DNA from: Octopus vulgaris
Taxonomy: Eukaryota
Direction: 5' to 3'
Assembly: GCA_951406725.2 (NCBI GenBank)
Contig: OX597834.1
Coordinates: forward strand, 36,704,001 to 36,768,000
DNA: 64,000 nucleotides
Shown one piece after another: positions 1 to 12,544 of the stretch. The stretch's first letter is position 1; each line of letters starts with the position of its first letter. Position numbers and translations under genes: made by a program. Under the pieces are notes generated by a model, which saw nothing but the letters and a program-made list of their open reading frames with translations, searched no databases and was not told the DNA's origin.

Positions 1-605
1 ACATATATACGCATATACATACGCATACAGGTATACGCATATACAGGTATGGTGATGCAAACAGGAAAAATAGAACTCAAAGCCTGAGTATATATATGAT
101 ACATGCTTTGAGTAAATATTTTTTATATATATAAATATATCTTTTATTAATAATCAGCAGAAATTAGAGTGACCAAATGGGCGAGGGCCTCGTATGTTGG
201 TATTATATATAACATGCCTCACAGAGAAACAACCAAAGAGACAGCGAATCAGACAGAGAGGAAGTTGGAAAGCCAGCTAGGTACAAAAATGCACACGATA
301 CTATTTTGTTAATAAATTTGCTTCAAGGGAGGTAACTCACAATTAAGTACTATTTTGCGGTTGATTTTTCCAAGGGAGATAACTTTTAGAAGTCTAAAAC
401 TTAAGACGATGAGAATGTTCTCCCTTGAATAAAAATGCCGAGTCATGATGGTTTCTAAAATTGACTGCAATTATTTTAAAGGTGGAAAGGAAGAAGGGAG
501 AAGAGCTCAAATTTGCCGATAGTGGTTCAGTTCCTTCATATATTTTCCTCCGTGTTATTGAATCCCTTCCCATTTATATTTCTCTATTTCTTCCGGTTCT
601 TTTTC

Positions 606-1870
606 GTTCTGAGTTCAAATCCAGCCAACTTTGCCTTACATTCGTACGCGACTGATAAAATAAAGTTTCAATCAATTTCTGGGAGTCGATGATAAGGATT
701 AGATCCTTCTCTCACAATTACTGACTTTGTGCCTAAATTAGAGACCCTTATTAGAGCGTTGAGCTCTCAGAATTATCAGAGCGTCGAACAAAATGCCTAG
801 CGATATTTCTTCCGACTCATTACCTAACGAGTTCAAATTCCGTCGGAGCCAGCTCTGCCTTTCATCCCTCTAGGGTCGATTAAATAAGTACCAGTTGCAC
901 TCTGGTGTCAATTATTGGGTTAAGCCCTCTCCCAACATTGCTGGTCATATACCAAAATTTGAAACTATTATGAAGTCGGCATCTGGCTGAATCGTTAGCA
1001 AACCGGGCAAAGTGCATTTCGTGTGTTTTTACGTTCTGAGTTCAAATTCCGCCAAGGTCGACTGTACCTTTTCAGCCTTTAGGGGTCGGTGAAATAAGTA
1101 CCACTTTTTCACAGGGGGATCAATGTAATCGACCACCCCTCTCCCATACCACCACCAGTAAATTTCAGGTTTTATGTCTATAATACAGAAGGTGAAAGCG
1201 TCGGGGAAAATTCTTTATTATAGGTGTTTCGGCTCTTTATATTCTGAGTTCAAATCTCGCCGAGGCAACTCTACTATACATCCTCCTGGGGTTGATAAAA
1301 TGAAGAACCAGTCAAGTACTTGGCTTAACGAGATTGACTAATTTTCCCTCCCCTCAAAATTGCTGGCGGTGAACCTAAATTAGAAAATGAGCTTGGAGAT
1401 CATTTAGTGGGTGATAAGAAATGTTTAGCGGTAATTTTTCTGGTTCTTTGTTTGAATCTCATCGACGTAGACTTACTCTTTCACCCGTCCATGTTCAATA
1501 AAAGAAGTACCAGTCTAGTACTGCAGTCAATATAATCGACTGACCTTTGTCCGAAAATTACTGGCCTTGTGCCTAAGGCAGCGAGCGTTATTTCTTCTTG
1601 CTCTTTAGTCTCTGAGCCCGAATTGCGCCGTGGTCACCTTTGCTTTTCATCCTCGATAACCACCTGTCAAGTACTAGGATCGACGTAATCGACTTGGGCC
1701 CCTTTCCTCAAAATTGCGGGCCTTGTGCTCAAACTAGAAACAGTTACTCTTACTGATTAAAACGAGGCCAGTCTTATTAAGTCAGTGGTCGATCGGCAGA
1801 ATCAAAAGAGCAGCGGACAAACTGCATTACGGTATTGAGTTACATCCATTTTTACGTTTTGAGTTTAAAT
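606..1870 (+). mobile_element. Head-to-tail array of ~7 degenerate copies of a tRNA-derived SINE (family A, older tail)
   Basis: B-box-like GAGTTCAAAT recurs at ~611, 829, 1038, 1246, 1450, 1614, 1861, mostly followed by degenerate GTCGACTTTGCCTTTCATCC..GGGGTCGATAAA.TAAGTACCAG and a CAAAATTGCTGGCCTTGTGCCTAAATTAGAAA-like tail. The same body is seen intact at 58033-58263. Confidence 0.8.
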
Positions 1871-1874
1871 CTTA

Positions 1875-2047
1875 CCAGGCCCGATATTTTTGGGGAAGGG
1901 GCCAATCGATTAGATCGACCCCCCGGTACGCAACTGGTACTTAATTTATCGACCCCAAAAGGACGTAAGACAAAGTCGACCTCAGCGAAATTTGAACTCA
2001 GAACGTAAATACCCATTTCTATTTCTTTACTACCCACAAGGGGCTAA
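1875..2047 (-). mobile_element. Family A SINE fragments, minus strand
   Basis: Reverse complement of the family A body (ACTGGTACTTAATTTATCGACCCC..AAAGTCGACCTC..TTTGAACTCAGAACGTAA) plus a 3' tail remnant ATTTCTTTACTACCCACAAGGGGCTAAA abutting the transposase. Confidence 0.85.
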
Positions 2048-3130
2048 ATGTCATAAATGGTCATGGTCTGGCCAAGATGGTTGATATGCCAGTCATCAAT
2101 GGCAGTGTTTGTGTACTTCTTCAGTGGTCCATAGACCGCTTTGTCCAACGGCTGTAACCTGTGTGTGCAGTGAGGTGGGAAAGAAAGCATGGCGATGCCA
2201 TTGTCTGATGCATACGTCAGCCCCTCGATACTAAGGTGGGAATCGTGATTGTCCAGCAAGAGAAGGCGCGGTGACTGCGTTGAACATTTCACATTCCTCA
2301 CAAAGTGTTGAATGAATTTCACAAACTGCTCCTCACACATCCAACCAGATGGATTAACACTTCCATCGCTTCCTGATGGTCCATTGCTCAGGAAATGTGG
2401 ACTAAAGTTCTTCCGGGAAAAAAACAAAAAACGGTGGTATGCTGTTTCCAGTGGCATTTACACAGCATGCTAATGTAACCAGAGTTCCCCTCTCCGCACT
2501 TGTCATTTTTCCCACTTGCTTTGTTCCTTTTCTGGCAATAATTCTATCAGGACGCCGCACAGTTGTTATGCCAGTTTCATCCATGTTGTAGATATTGAAT
2601 GGATCAAATTTATACCGAAGCATCACCTCAGCAAGTTGGTTGAAAAACATAGCAACATTTGTCTTGTTGAAACTTGCTGCTCGTGACAAGCTCGTTGCCT
2701 GTGGACTTCTTATGGATAAATTCTTGTGTAGTTGAAGATATCCAGAGAACCAGTCTTCACCTACCATTTCTGTCTCATGCCAGGTTGGAGGGATATTATA
2801 TCCATGTGCCTTTGCCATCTGAAAAGCCAATTTCCACACATCCTTTGGAGCAAGCCCATAGTAAATTTCTGCGGCAGCCAAAACATAAGCCTCTAACTGA
2901 TTCTCGAACTCGTCGGTGAGAACTTGCCGTGGCTTTTTGTATCCACTAAGACTGTGATCGTTGTTGTTTGCTTCAGCGGCCTTGGTACAGCAGCGAGACA
3001 GATTTTAAAGAGATGCCAAATGTCCTCGAAGCTTCCCGCAAGGAGATGACACGAGCTCGGACCTGTTGAATAACCTGTTGGATTACATCCTGTGGAAGAG
3101 TTGCCCTCTCGCTCTTGCGTTTGTAGTGAC
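2044..3130 (-). pseudogene. Frameshifted pogo/Tigger-like DDE_1 transposase with HTH DNA-binding region
   Basis: ORF 2402-2881 has CENP-B-like HTH (GEDWFSGYLQLHKNLSIRSPQ) and NMDETG (first D), SAERGTLVT, GNSIPPFFVF. ORF 2044-2457 continues with SGWM, LLLLDNHDSH and FPPHCTHRLQPLD; 35 residues separate the 2nd and 3rd D. A manually read upstream frame gives HYKRKSERATLPQDVIQQVIQQVRARVISLREASRTFGIS (psq-like HTH). At least two frameshifts and no start ATG. Confidence 0.92.
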
Positions 3131-3960
3131 AATGACAATTGTAGATCTAGGTCTGTAAAGAGAGAGAGAGGGAGAAAAAAAAAAGCAATTTAGCTCATTG
3201 CATAATCCAACAGTGAAAGCAAAACGAAGCTCTGAGTGATTACCTACTTTTTTAGTTTCAAGCATGCCTGGTCACGGCATAACTTCATGCTTATATATCA
3301 TTGGTACAGGTTACAAAGCTGAGGCAGTATACAAGCTGTTGACTAAGTAGGTAGCGGTATGAAGATAGAATAGGTTGGTATAGATAAAGATAGCTGGTCG
3401 AAAACTATAGCAGGCAATGCATAAATTACTCAATGAATTGTTCCATTGTACCAGACATGAATCAAATAACAAACACTCTGAGTTGAAATGGGTTAGATAC
3501 AGTCTGTGAATCAGTGTAAGCAACCTACAATAACTTTATCACAAGCCGGGACAAGTTGACACACTGTGTCAACGTGCCTCTGTTTCCATGTGTCAACTTG
3601 CCCCGACCCCGTTTCCCTCGTAAATGTAAACACTGAGAGAAAACCACTAGGGTTTCGCAAGAATCTATTTGTATAGGGTCGTGAGAGATATTTTACTAAC
3701 TCCTTAATAATGCAGTCTTAAACAATATTCAAAATAACTAATTATCAAAAATGTCGAAAATAACTTACCAAGTGGAAAATTCCGATGTTGTCCGCGTGGA
3801 GCAGACAAACTCTCACAACGGTGACGAAATCAAACGAGGGGGAACCTTATACTAACATCACTACTATGATGTCGTTAAATCGTCCGAAAGTAATTTCGCA
3901 TTTTCTCTAGAGAAAATGTGTCAACTTGCCCCTGTAGTCAACTTGCCCTGGTTTCCTCTA
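2044..3960 (-). mobile_element. pogo-superfamily (Tc1/mariner-related, DD35D) DNA transposon, 3'-truncated
   Basis: Transposase remnants at 2044-3130. The putative 5' terminus reads TA-GAGGAAACCAGGGCAAGTTGACTACAGGGGCAAGTTGACACA on the minus strand from 3960. The motif GTCAACTTGCCC recurs at ~3548-3604 and 3917-3948. No matching 3' terminus is present. Confidence 0.85.
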
Positions 3961-4154
3961 CTATTGTACAAATCCTTTTGGCTAAGCTATAAGTGTTATC
4001 AAGGACATACCTTTTGGTATGTCTCGGACAGCGTGAATTGAACGGACGATATTGTTTGGAGTTCGTAGGTTAATAACAAACGTACGTCTGTATTTGGTTA
4101 TAACTTTCTTTATGATGATGGCTGAAACTGGGATTTGCTGTTGGTTTTATTCTT

Positions 4155-4362
4155 ATTTCTTTACTACCCGCAAACAAGGACAGACAAACGGATTAAGTCG
4201 ATAACATCGACCCCAGTGCGTAACTGGTACTTAATTTATCGACCCCGGAAGGATGAAAGGCAAAGTCGACCTCGGCGGAATTTGAACTCAGAACGTAGCG
4301 GCAGACGAAATACCGCTGAGCATTTTCGCCCGGCGTGCTAACGTTTCTGCCAGCTCGCCGCC
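4155..4362 (-). mobile_element. Family A tRNA-derived SINE
   Basis: Reverse complement begins GGCGGCGAGCTGGCAGAAACGTTAGCACGCCGGGCG, has B box GTTCAAATTCC and the family A body; small deletion in the tail. Confidence 0.9.
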
Positions 4363-4369
4363 TTTTGGT

Positions 4370-4800
4370 TTTATTCCGTGGTGAATTGAATATTTTCATT
4401 AATTTCATTGAGAATTGTTTCAAATCCTCCCTTTTAGTTTCTCTGTGCTTTCATTCCATAGAATGAAACAATCCTCGAGGTACTTTTTCCACTTTTCTTT
4501 GCATGTATATTGAGAAGCGCTTCCATATTTTCTCCTAGTCTTATTTGGTATAGCGTGACCCCTAAGCAGCTCATAACTAGATTCCCAAATGAGGGGGCTG
4601 TTTTCGTCCCCATTGCAGTATCAGATTTCTGTCGAAAAAAGTTGTCATTAAACATAAAATAATTATTATCTAGAAGAAATTCTATTTCTATTTTAATTCT
4701 TTTTTCTTATGCGTTGCGGGCGTGGTGGGTTTCCCTAATATAATTATCCAACCAGAATTTAATGGCCTCAATTCCTACATCATGAGGGATGTTTGAACAG
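4370..4800 (-). pseudogene. Penelope-like retroelement reverse transcriptase fragment
   Basis: Minus-strand translations in RT motif order: NIPHDVGIEAIKFWLD (~4750-4795), FNDNFFRQKSDTAMGTKTAPSFGNLVM (ORF 4434-4655), WKKYLEDCFILWNE (degenerate YxDD, ~4450-4492), NENIQFTTE (~4375-4400). The TAMG..APS and NIPH motifs are typical of Penelope RTs. Confidence 0.8.
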
Positions 4801-4948
4801 ATTCGTTTATCAGCCTTTCTTATTGCTATTTCTTCGTCATCTCATAATTTATTTAAGTCGTCTCATTCATTCTCGCTGAAGTATGCTTCGTGCTTTTGCT
4901 TATGTGTGTGTTGATATGAGTAATTCAACATATATTCACAGAAATATA

Positions 4949-5313
4949 GTGGAGGCGCAATGGCCCAGTGGTTAGGGCAGCGGACTCGCGGTCGTAGGAT
5001 CGCGGTTTCGATTCCCAGACCGGGCGTTGTGAGTGTTTATTGAGCGAAAACACCTAAAGCTCCACGAGGCTCCGGCAGGGGATGGTGGTGATCCCTGCTG
5101 TACTCTTTCACCACAACTTTCTCTCACTCTTACTTCCTGTTTCTGTTGTACCTGTATTTCAAAGGGCCGGCCTTGTCACTCTCTGTGTCACGCTGAATAT
5201 CCCCGAGAACTACGTTAAGGGTACACGTGTCTGTGGAGTGCTCAGCCACTTACACGTTAATATCACGAGCAGGCTGTTCCGTTCATCGGATCAACCGGAA
5301 CTCTGCTTCCATC
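4949..5313 (+). mobile_element. tRNA-derived SINE (family C: head X + tail P) with 12-bp TSD
   Basis: A box TGGCCCAGTGG and B-box-like GGTTTCGATTCC in a tRNA-like head. Flanked by direct repeat CACAGAAATATA at 4937-4948 and 5314-5325. Confidence 0.88.
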
Positions 5314-5593
5314 CACAGAAATATATTCAAAGGTCTTGTTCATACCTCTTGGTGAGGTGTACTTGCTGCCGTTCATATCGACTCGTCATTGGTTTTGTCC
5401 CAGAGTTCTTCGGTGAGTCTTAATTTCCTACAGCATTCAGAAATGCCGTCTTTCATGTCTAGGACGCGGTTTAGCCATGACAAGGACGCCCATAGAACTG
5501 CTTAGTAACATCTGGAGCAGCGAAAGTGTACAAACTAAGTTACAAACAAGGTCGGTGCAAGTGCCCGCTTGGCCGACCTCGTGTGTACCGTCG

Positions 5594-5778
5594 GCGATTT
5601 TTTTCCCTCTGTCTTCCCTTCTCTGGATCTTTCATTCTCCTATGTTTCCGACGAAGAGCTCCGCTCGAAACGTTAAACCCTCTTTCTTTCCTTCTTTCCT
5701 GAGCCTCCAATAATACTATATTTGTTCCACGTCCTCGCGTTGTTGTTTTTTTGTGCTTTCTTGTTTGGATTAACTAAC
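5594..5778 (+). mobile_element. Short non-coding element with minimal hammerhead ribozyme motif (Penelope-terminus-like)
   Basis: GTTT-CCGACGA-A-GAGC-TCC-GCTC-GAAA-CGTT-AAAC at 5644-5678. Close copies at 40548-40712 and 45268-45452, all ending TTTGGATTAACTA followed by (TA)n. Confidence 0.65.
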
Positions 5779-5783
5779 TATAT

Positions 5784-5828
<45 letters not shown>

Positions 5829-5843
5829 GTATATATAGGTATG

Positions 5844-5904
<61 letters not shown>

Positions 5905-5941
5905 TTACATATTCACACACACACACACACACACACAACAA

Positions 5942-6028
<87 letters not shown>

Positions 6029-6043
6029 TATATATACACATAT

Positions 6044-6088
<45 letters not shown>

Positions 6089-6144
6089 TGTCTATATACA
6101 TATACGTGCGTATGTTATATGTATATATGAATACATGTGTGTAT

Positions 6145-6205
<61 letters not shown>

Positions 6206-6310
6206 CATGTGTTTCACAAATAATATCTTCCACTAATGCGCACAGACATGTACGTGCGTATATATACATGCAAACATACATACATACATACATACATATG
6301 TGTGTATGTA
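5779..6310. repeat. Compound microsatellite (TA)n/(CA)n/(GA)n
   Basis: Visible dinucleotide tracts. Confidence 0.95.
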
Positions 6311-6709
6311 TGTCATACTAGCGGAAAGGCGGTAAAGACGGGGAAGCGCGGAGAACGACCACTTCAAGAACAACAACAATACTCACCAACAACATGTGGC
6401 TGCAGCATGTTCACAAGGAAAAAAAAAGAAATAATAAGACCTCAATCGCAACCCCATAGGAACTCATTGCATATCGTCTCTCCACCCATACACACAAGCC
6501 TTGCGAGGTTTTCTCTCACCGTTTCAACCACAGACCAATAATTTTCCTCTATCTCTTAAGAATACCTCTCCCCCCTCTCTCCCTTTCCCTCTCTCTTTGT
6601 CTATCTGTCTATTTTCTATCTCTACCTGTCTGCTGTCCGTCTGTCTGTTGTCTATCTGTCTGTCGGTCTCTCTCTCTCTCACACACACACATACACAGAC
6701 ACACACACA

Positions 6710-6749
<40 letters not shown>

Positions 6750-6761
6750 AACACCAACATA

Positions 6762-6877
6762 CTTCCGGGTTCAGTTCCACTGCTTGACAACTTGGGCAAG
6801 TGTCTTCTACTACAGCCTCGGTCCAACCAAAAGCCTTGTGAGTGGATTTGGTAGACGGAAACTGAAAGAAGCCCGTC

Positions 6878-6917
<40 letters not shown>

Positions 6918-7150
6918 ATATGTATATGTATATATATATATAGAGAGATTTATGTGTGTCTGTGTTTGGTCCCCCACCTGCCATCGCTTGACAGCCGATG
7001 CTGGTGTGCTTACGTCCCCGTAACTTAGCGGTTCGGCAAAAGAGAACCGATAGAATATATACTGAGTTTACAAAGAATAAGTCCTGGGGTCGACTTCTTC
7101 GACTACAATTCCATTATGGCGGTGATCCAGCATGGCCGCAGTCAAATGAC
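6762..7150 (+). mobile_element. Family B CORE-like SINE, 5'-truncated, with internal (TA)n(TG)n
   Basis: GGTTCAGTTCC B box, TTGGGCAAGTGTCTTCTAC core, internal microsatellite, tail ..CCAGCATGGCCGCAGTCAAATGACTGAAACAAGTAAA. Confidence 0.88.
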
Positions 7151-7499
7151 TGAAACAAGTAAACGAATAACAGAATACGCTCACACTGATACCAACGCAT
7201 ATACCCACCCACTTCCCTATCTCTCCACTCAACTCCCCATCTTTTCATCATTTCTCAAACCCACACTCTCAGCACCATTTCAACCTCCTTCTGCAATTAA
7301 CATTCCCCCCCACTCCCGTCGCCTCACTCTCTCTCTCACTCTGTCCTCCCTTTCCCCCCTTAAGGAATCCTCTCCACCACTTCTTATCCTACATTATCAC
7401 AAAATCAACTAACCAACCAACCAACCAACCAACCAACTAACCAACAAGGGGTCGAAAATTTCAAGAAGGTCACCCCCATGGGATTCTGTTTTGAGGAGT

Positions 7500-7935
<436 letters not shown>

Positions 7936-7988
7936 TCCGTATTGTTTCATCGAGCATCAACGAGCCCGATCCAACCCGCTTCAATCGC

Positions 7989-8033
<45 letters not shown>

Positions 8034-8320
8034 TAACCACCTCCACCACAATACCACCACCACCACTACTACTACTACTTCTACGATGAGCACCACCACC
8101 ATGACCACGACCACTGCTACCACCAAACCACCACCACCACCACCACCAACAACAACAACAATAACAACAACAACCACCACCACCACTACTACTACTACTA
8201 CTACTGCTAGTGTTACTACCGTTGCTGCGATCCCATCTAGAACTCGTGTCGGGCCAATTAGCAGCGTCAATAGGTGTTCTGAACGAACTTTGTCCTTCCT
8301 AGCACCGTCTACCCCTCTGC

Positions 8321-8394
<74 letters not shown>

Positions 8395-8678
8395 CACATA
8401 TACACACACACACATATATGCATGCAGCACACCGTTTTTACTATGGAATAGTGAAATCTTCATTTTTCGTTTTCTGAAAAAGCATCGTTTTGGACTTACG
8501 ACACTTTTGTATAACAGCACCGATATATGTGTATATATATATATATATAAAAGATAAAGCTTACTCGGAAAAGGATGCGTGGCGTTCAATCATATAGTGA
8601 TATAAATAATATATATATGTATGCATATATATATACGTATATGTACATCTATACATCTATACATACATACATACATAC

Positions 8679-8752
<74 letters not shown>

Positions 8753-9040
8753 TTTATTTAAAGCAGCAGTTTACTCCAGTTTATATATATATATATATAT
8801 AATAAATATTAGGGAATAAATCCAAATTTACAGGGAAAAATCAGATTTAGGATTGAATCCAATTTTATAGTAAAATATTATATAATATTAATTAGAGACA
8901 AAACCACTATTTTGCAAATCAAACAAAGAAAGACTTAATCCAATACATAAAATAATTTAATATAAATTAAATAAAATTAATTAAATAAAATTAAATAAAA
9001 TTAAATAAAATTAATTAAAATTAATTAAATAAAATTATAT

Positions 9041-9074
<34 letters not shown>

Positions 9075-9638
9075 TATGTGGGCACAGGACGTCACGAAAC
9101 GTGTACAACAAAAATACGAAGTACGAGTACATGGAATATGAACTATTTTTTCGAACAACGAAAGACACAAATGGAAAACAAAACAAAACAACATAAAGAA
9201 CGACCCTGTGTTCTTGTCTGTCCAAGCTACTACTACCACAACGACTACCACCACCACCACCACCAACAACACCGCCGCTGCCGCCTCCACCACCACCACC
9301 ACCACCACCACCACCGCTACCACCACCACCACCACCACCATCACTACCACCACCACCACCAACACCGCCGCTGTCGCAGCCACCACCACCACCACAACCA
9401 CCACCACCAGCAACAACAACAACCCTAACCCTGCCGCCGCCTTCATACCCCGGCCACTAGTATTTTCAATTTAACTATCAATACATCAAACACTGCAAGG
9501 CCAAGACCCTTGAAAAATCAGTTAGGGGTTTCCCCATTCTTCAGTTTATGTTGAACTTCTCCCATGTTGAAAGACTGGGTTTAGAAGAAAAGGGGCCATA
9601 TGGCTGCCTTGTGTTTGAGTGTGTGCATGCATGTGTGT

Positions 9639-9689
<51 letters not shown>

Positions 9690-9947
9690 GTGGGGTGTTT
9701 GTCTCTACATATTTATAAGTATGTATACATAAAATTATATACTTTATATATACATGTGTATGAAATATATTCAATTAAATCCATATGGCTTTGCAAACGT
9801 GCGTGTGAGCGTATGTATGTAGGCGTTGGTGTGGGGACCGTGTGTGCGGGTGTGTATGTGTCTGATGATGATGGATGATAGGTGTGTCTGCGTGGGTGCC
9901 TATGTATACATACGTTTACGCATTTCTCTTTTTCTCTCTCTCTTTTG

Positions 9948-10020
<73 letters not shown>

Positions 10021-10054
10021 CATCCATCCATCCATCCATCCATCCATATATATA

Positions 10055-10181
10055 GGCGCAGGAGTGGCTGTGTGGTAAGTAGCTTGTTTACCAACCACAT
10101 GGTTCCGGGTTCGGTCCCACTGCGTGGCACCTTGGGCAAGTGTCTTCTACTATAGCCTCGGGCCGACCAAAGCCATGTGAG
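10055..10181 (+). mobile_element. Family B SINE 5' half
   Basis: Identical by eye to 10675-10801; ends abruptly at AGCCATGTGAG. Confidence 0.9.
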
Positions 10182-10188
10182 ACCATCC

Positions 10189-10263
<75 letters not shown>

Positions 10264-10448
10264 AATCATGAAAGAAAGACAGATAGATAGATAGTTAGAC
10301 TGGTATTTATGCGCTTATATATATATATATATATAGTAAATAGAAAAAAGATTCAATTGACAATCTAATTATTTATTTATATCATATTATAACAAAATAT
10401 ACAATGAATATAATATATAATATATGATAATAGAAAATTATTATAAAA

Positions 10449-10540
10449 CCCAAAAGACTAACAATTTGTTTCGACTTATATACAATATTTAATTCATAAA
10501 CAATTCATATCCATTTATATAAGTCTCTTCAGAGCTTTGG
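10449..10540 (-). ncRNA. Putative type-I hammerhead ribozyme with long stem II
   Basis: Minus strand: CCAAAGCT-CTGAAGA-GACTTATATA-(loop)-TATATAAGTC-GAAA-CAAATTGTT-AGTCTTTTGG. Canonical CUGANGA and GAAA boxes close a perfect 10-bp stem II; stem I is imperfect. Confidence 0.6.
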
Positions 10541-10598
10541 TTCGAAAGACAGACGAAATTTCGCGTGAAAGGACGGCTAGATAGCATATGTATGTATG

Positions 10599-10632
<34 letters not shown>

Positions 10633-10642
10633 TGTATGTATG

Positions 10643-10674
<32 letters not shown>

Positions 10675-10675
<1 letters not shown>

Positions 10676-11090
10676 GCGCAGGAGTGGCTGTGTGGTAAGT
10701 AGCTTGTTTACCAACCACATGGTTCCGGGTTCGGTCCCACTGCGTGGCACCTTGGGCAAGTGTCTTCTACTATAGCCTCGGGCCGACCAAAGCCATGTGA
10801 GTGGATTTGGTAGACGGAAACTGAAAGAAGCCAGTCGTATATATGTATATGTATATATATGCGTGTGTGTGTTTGTATGTCTGTATTTGTCCCCCTAGCA
10901 TTGCTTGACAACCGATGCTGGTGTGTTTATGTCCCCGTTACTTAGCGGTTCGGCAAAAAGAGACCGATAGAATAAGTACTGGGCTTACAAAGAATAAGTC
11001 CCGGAGTCGAGTTGCTCGATTAAAGGCGGTGCTCCAGCATGGCCGCAGTCAAATGACTGAAACAAGTGAAAGAGTAAAAGAGTAAAAGAG
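10675..11090 (+). mobile_element. Full-length family B tRNA/CORE-like SINE
   Basis: Head GGCGCAGGAGTGGCTGTGTGGTAAG (A box) and GGTTCGGTCCC (B box), core GGCACCTTGGGCAAGTGTCTTC, internal TA/TG tract, 3' tail ending in GTAAAAGA repeats. Confidence 0.92.
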
Positions 11091-11529
11091 AGAATATGTA
11101 TGTGTGTGTGTGTGTGTGTGTCTGTGTGTGTGTTCCTGCCGTTAGCATTTCACTTCATACACGCCAGCTCAACTCGATTCGTTCTCAGTCGAAAGACGCC
11201 TGTTGTTATTTCTTGTTGTTTGTATTCGTAAGTGTGTACCATGTTCTCCGTTTTTTTTTGTTTATTTTATTATTCTTTTGTCTTTGCTGCGTACACATTC
11301 GCTAGCTTTCTTGGAAACGGGTCTAATGCTCTTAGCCTAGACTTTGTTGGGGACAACCAGATCGAACCATCTCAAGTGTAACTGCCCGAAATGGTCGCGA
11401 CTTCTGGGATATAACTGATGAAAGAAAGCCCGTTTTCTTTTTTGCCTGTCCTTCTAATTGATGTTTCTCTTGTCTGCCTTTGTGTCGTCTATCTGTCCGA
11501 ACGTTTTAATGTCCTCTATTGCATTTTTG

Positions 11530-11583
<54 letters not shown>

Positions 11584-12544
11584 TATTGAAGTAGATAAAT
11601 GAATTATCTTATTACGGATAATTCAAATGATAACCGATACCTGGGTAGAAAAAGCACGGTTGAAGTTACGACCATGGGGCATAAAAACTGTGTCTTAGTG
11701 CGGAAATTTGAAGTTTTAGTGTACATTTAAACGCATAAGGAATCCACTCGTGGAATTCAACACGTTAGAAAGAACAGTTTATATCTGAGAGTAGTTAGCT
11801 TGCTCGTGTGTGTCGGCCATCGGTAGTTCCTCCAATAGATTCTGGACAATCTATCATAAAATCACTATTGATGATTCGCGAATGAATTTATTAGTCACTT
11901 TGAACTAAATCCAATGTTTTTCCTCAACCTATCAACATCTTTTTGGAAAGAGGTGGCCCAATTTATAGATGTGTTAATTATATCGATCAATCTCTGTCAT
12001 ATCTGTCTGATCGTAAGTTAAAGATAATGGAACCGGACATTCAATGACCGATAGTTAGGTACATCTGCTTGTGTTTGGTGATTTTTAACCAAATTGATCG
12101 ATGATGCGCAACAACCGTTCAATAGGTTTTCTTTTGACTCGTGTCATAACCTTTCTCTCATCTAATGGTTCGTCAATGAATTGAAGTGTTGCTGAAAACT
12201 GTGTTTTGTGTTGGTTGTATTGTTCACCTATTTCTCTTTGTTTGAGAGAGGCTTTCTATTCTATTTGTGTCTGTGTAGTAGCAACAATCCCATCTGAGTT
12301 ACGCTTCGTTCATGGTTCATGTTGCTTGCAATTTTTTTATCGAGTGAACAACCGATCTGTCAATACCGGCATAACATCGATTTCCCGGAACCTTTATTTC
12401 CAAGACCTTTCCGGATCACTAATGTTTCCGAACCAGGGGCCGTCACCTTGGTCAGAAGATTCTAAATTAAACAAATATTCAATTACCTAAATGATTATAC
12501 GAAATACATGTTGCAGTACGTTAGTGTAAATTAGACCGGATTAT

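Noticed and set aside
606-1870. Regularly spaced repeats superficially like a CRISPR array
   Set aside because: Units are ~200 bp degenerate SINE copies with no unique spacers and no cas genes, in a eukaryotic context.
4951-5025. tRNA-like sequences here and at 12770-12841 and 58284-58355
   Set aside because: They continue into SINE bodies (two with clear TSDs) and lack proper acceptor stems, so they are SINE heads rather than tRNA genes.
9421-9432. Telomere-like AACCCTAACCCT
   Set aside because: Only two units; expected by chance.
11800-12200. Possible Penelope GIY-YIG C-terminal relic on the minus strand (INW..KFIRESSIV)
   Set aside because: Too degenerate to support by eye.
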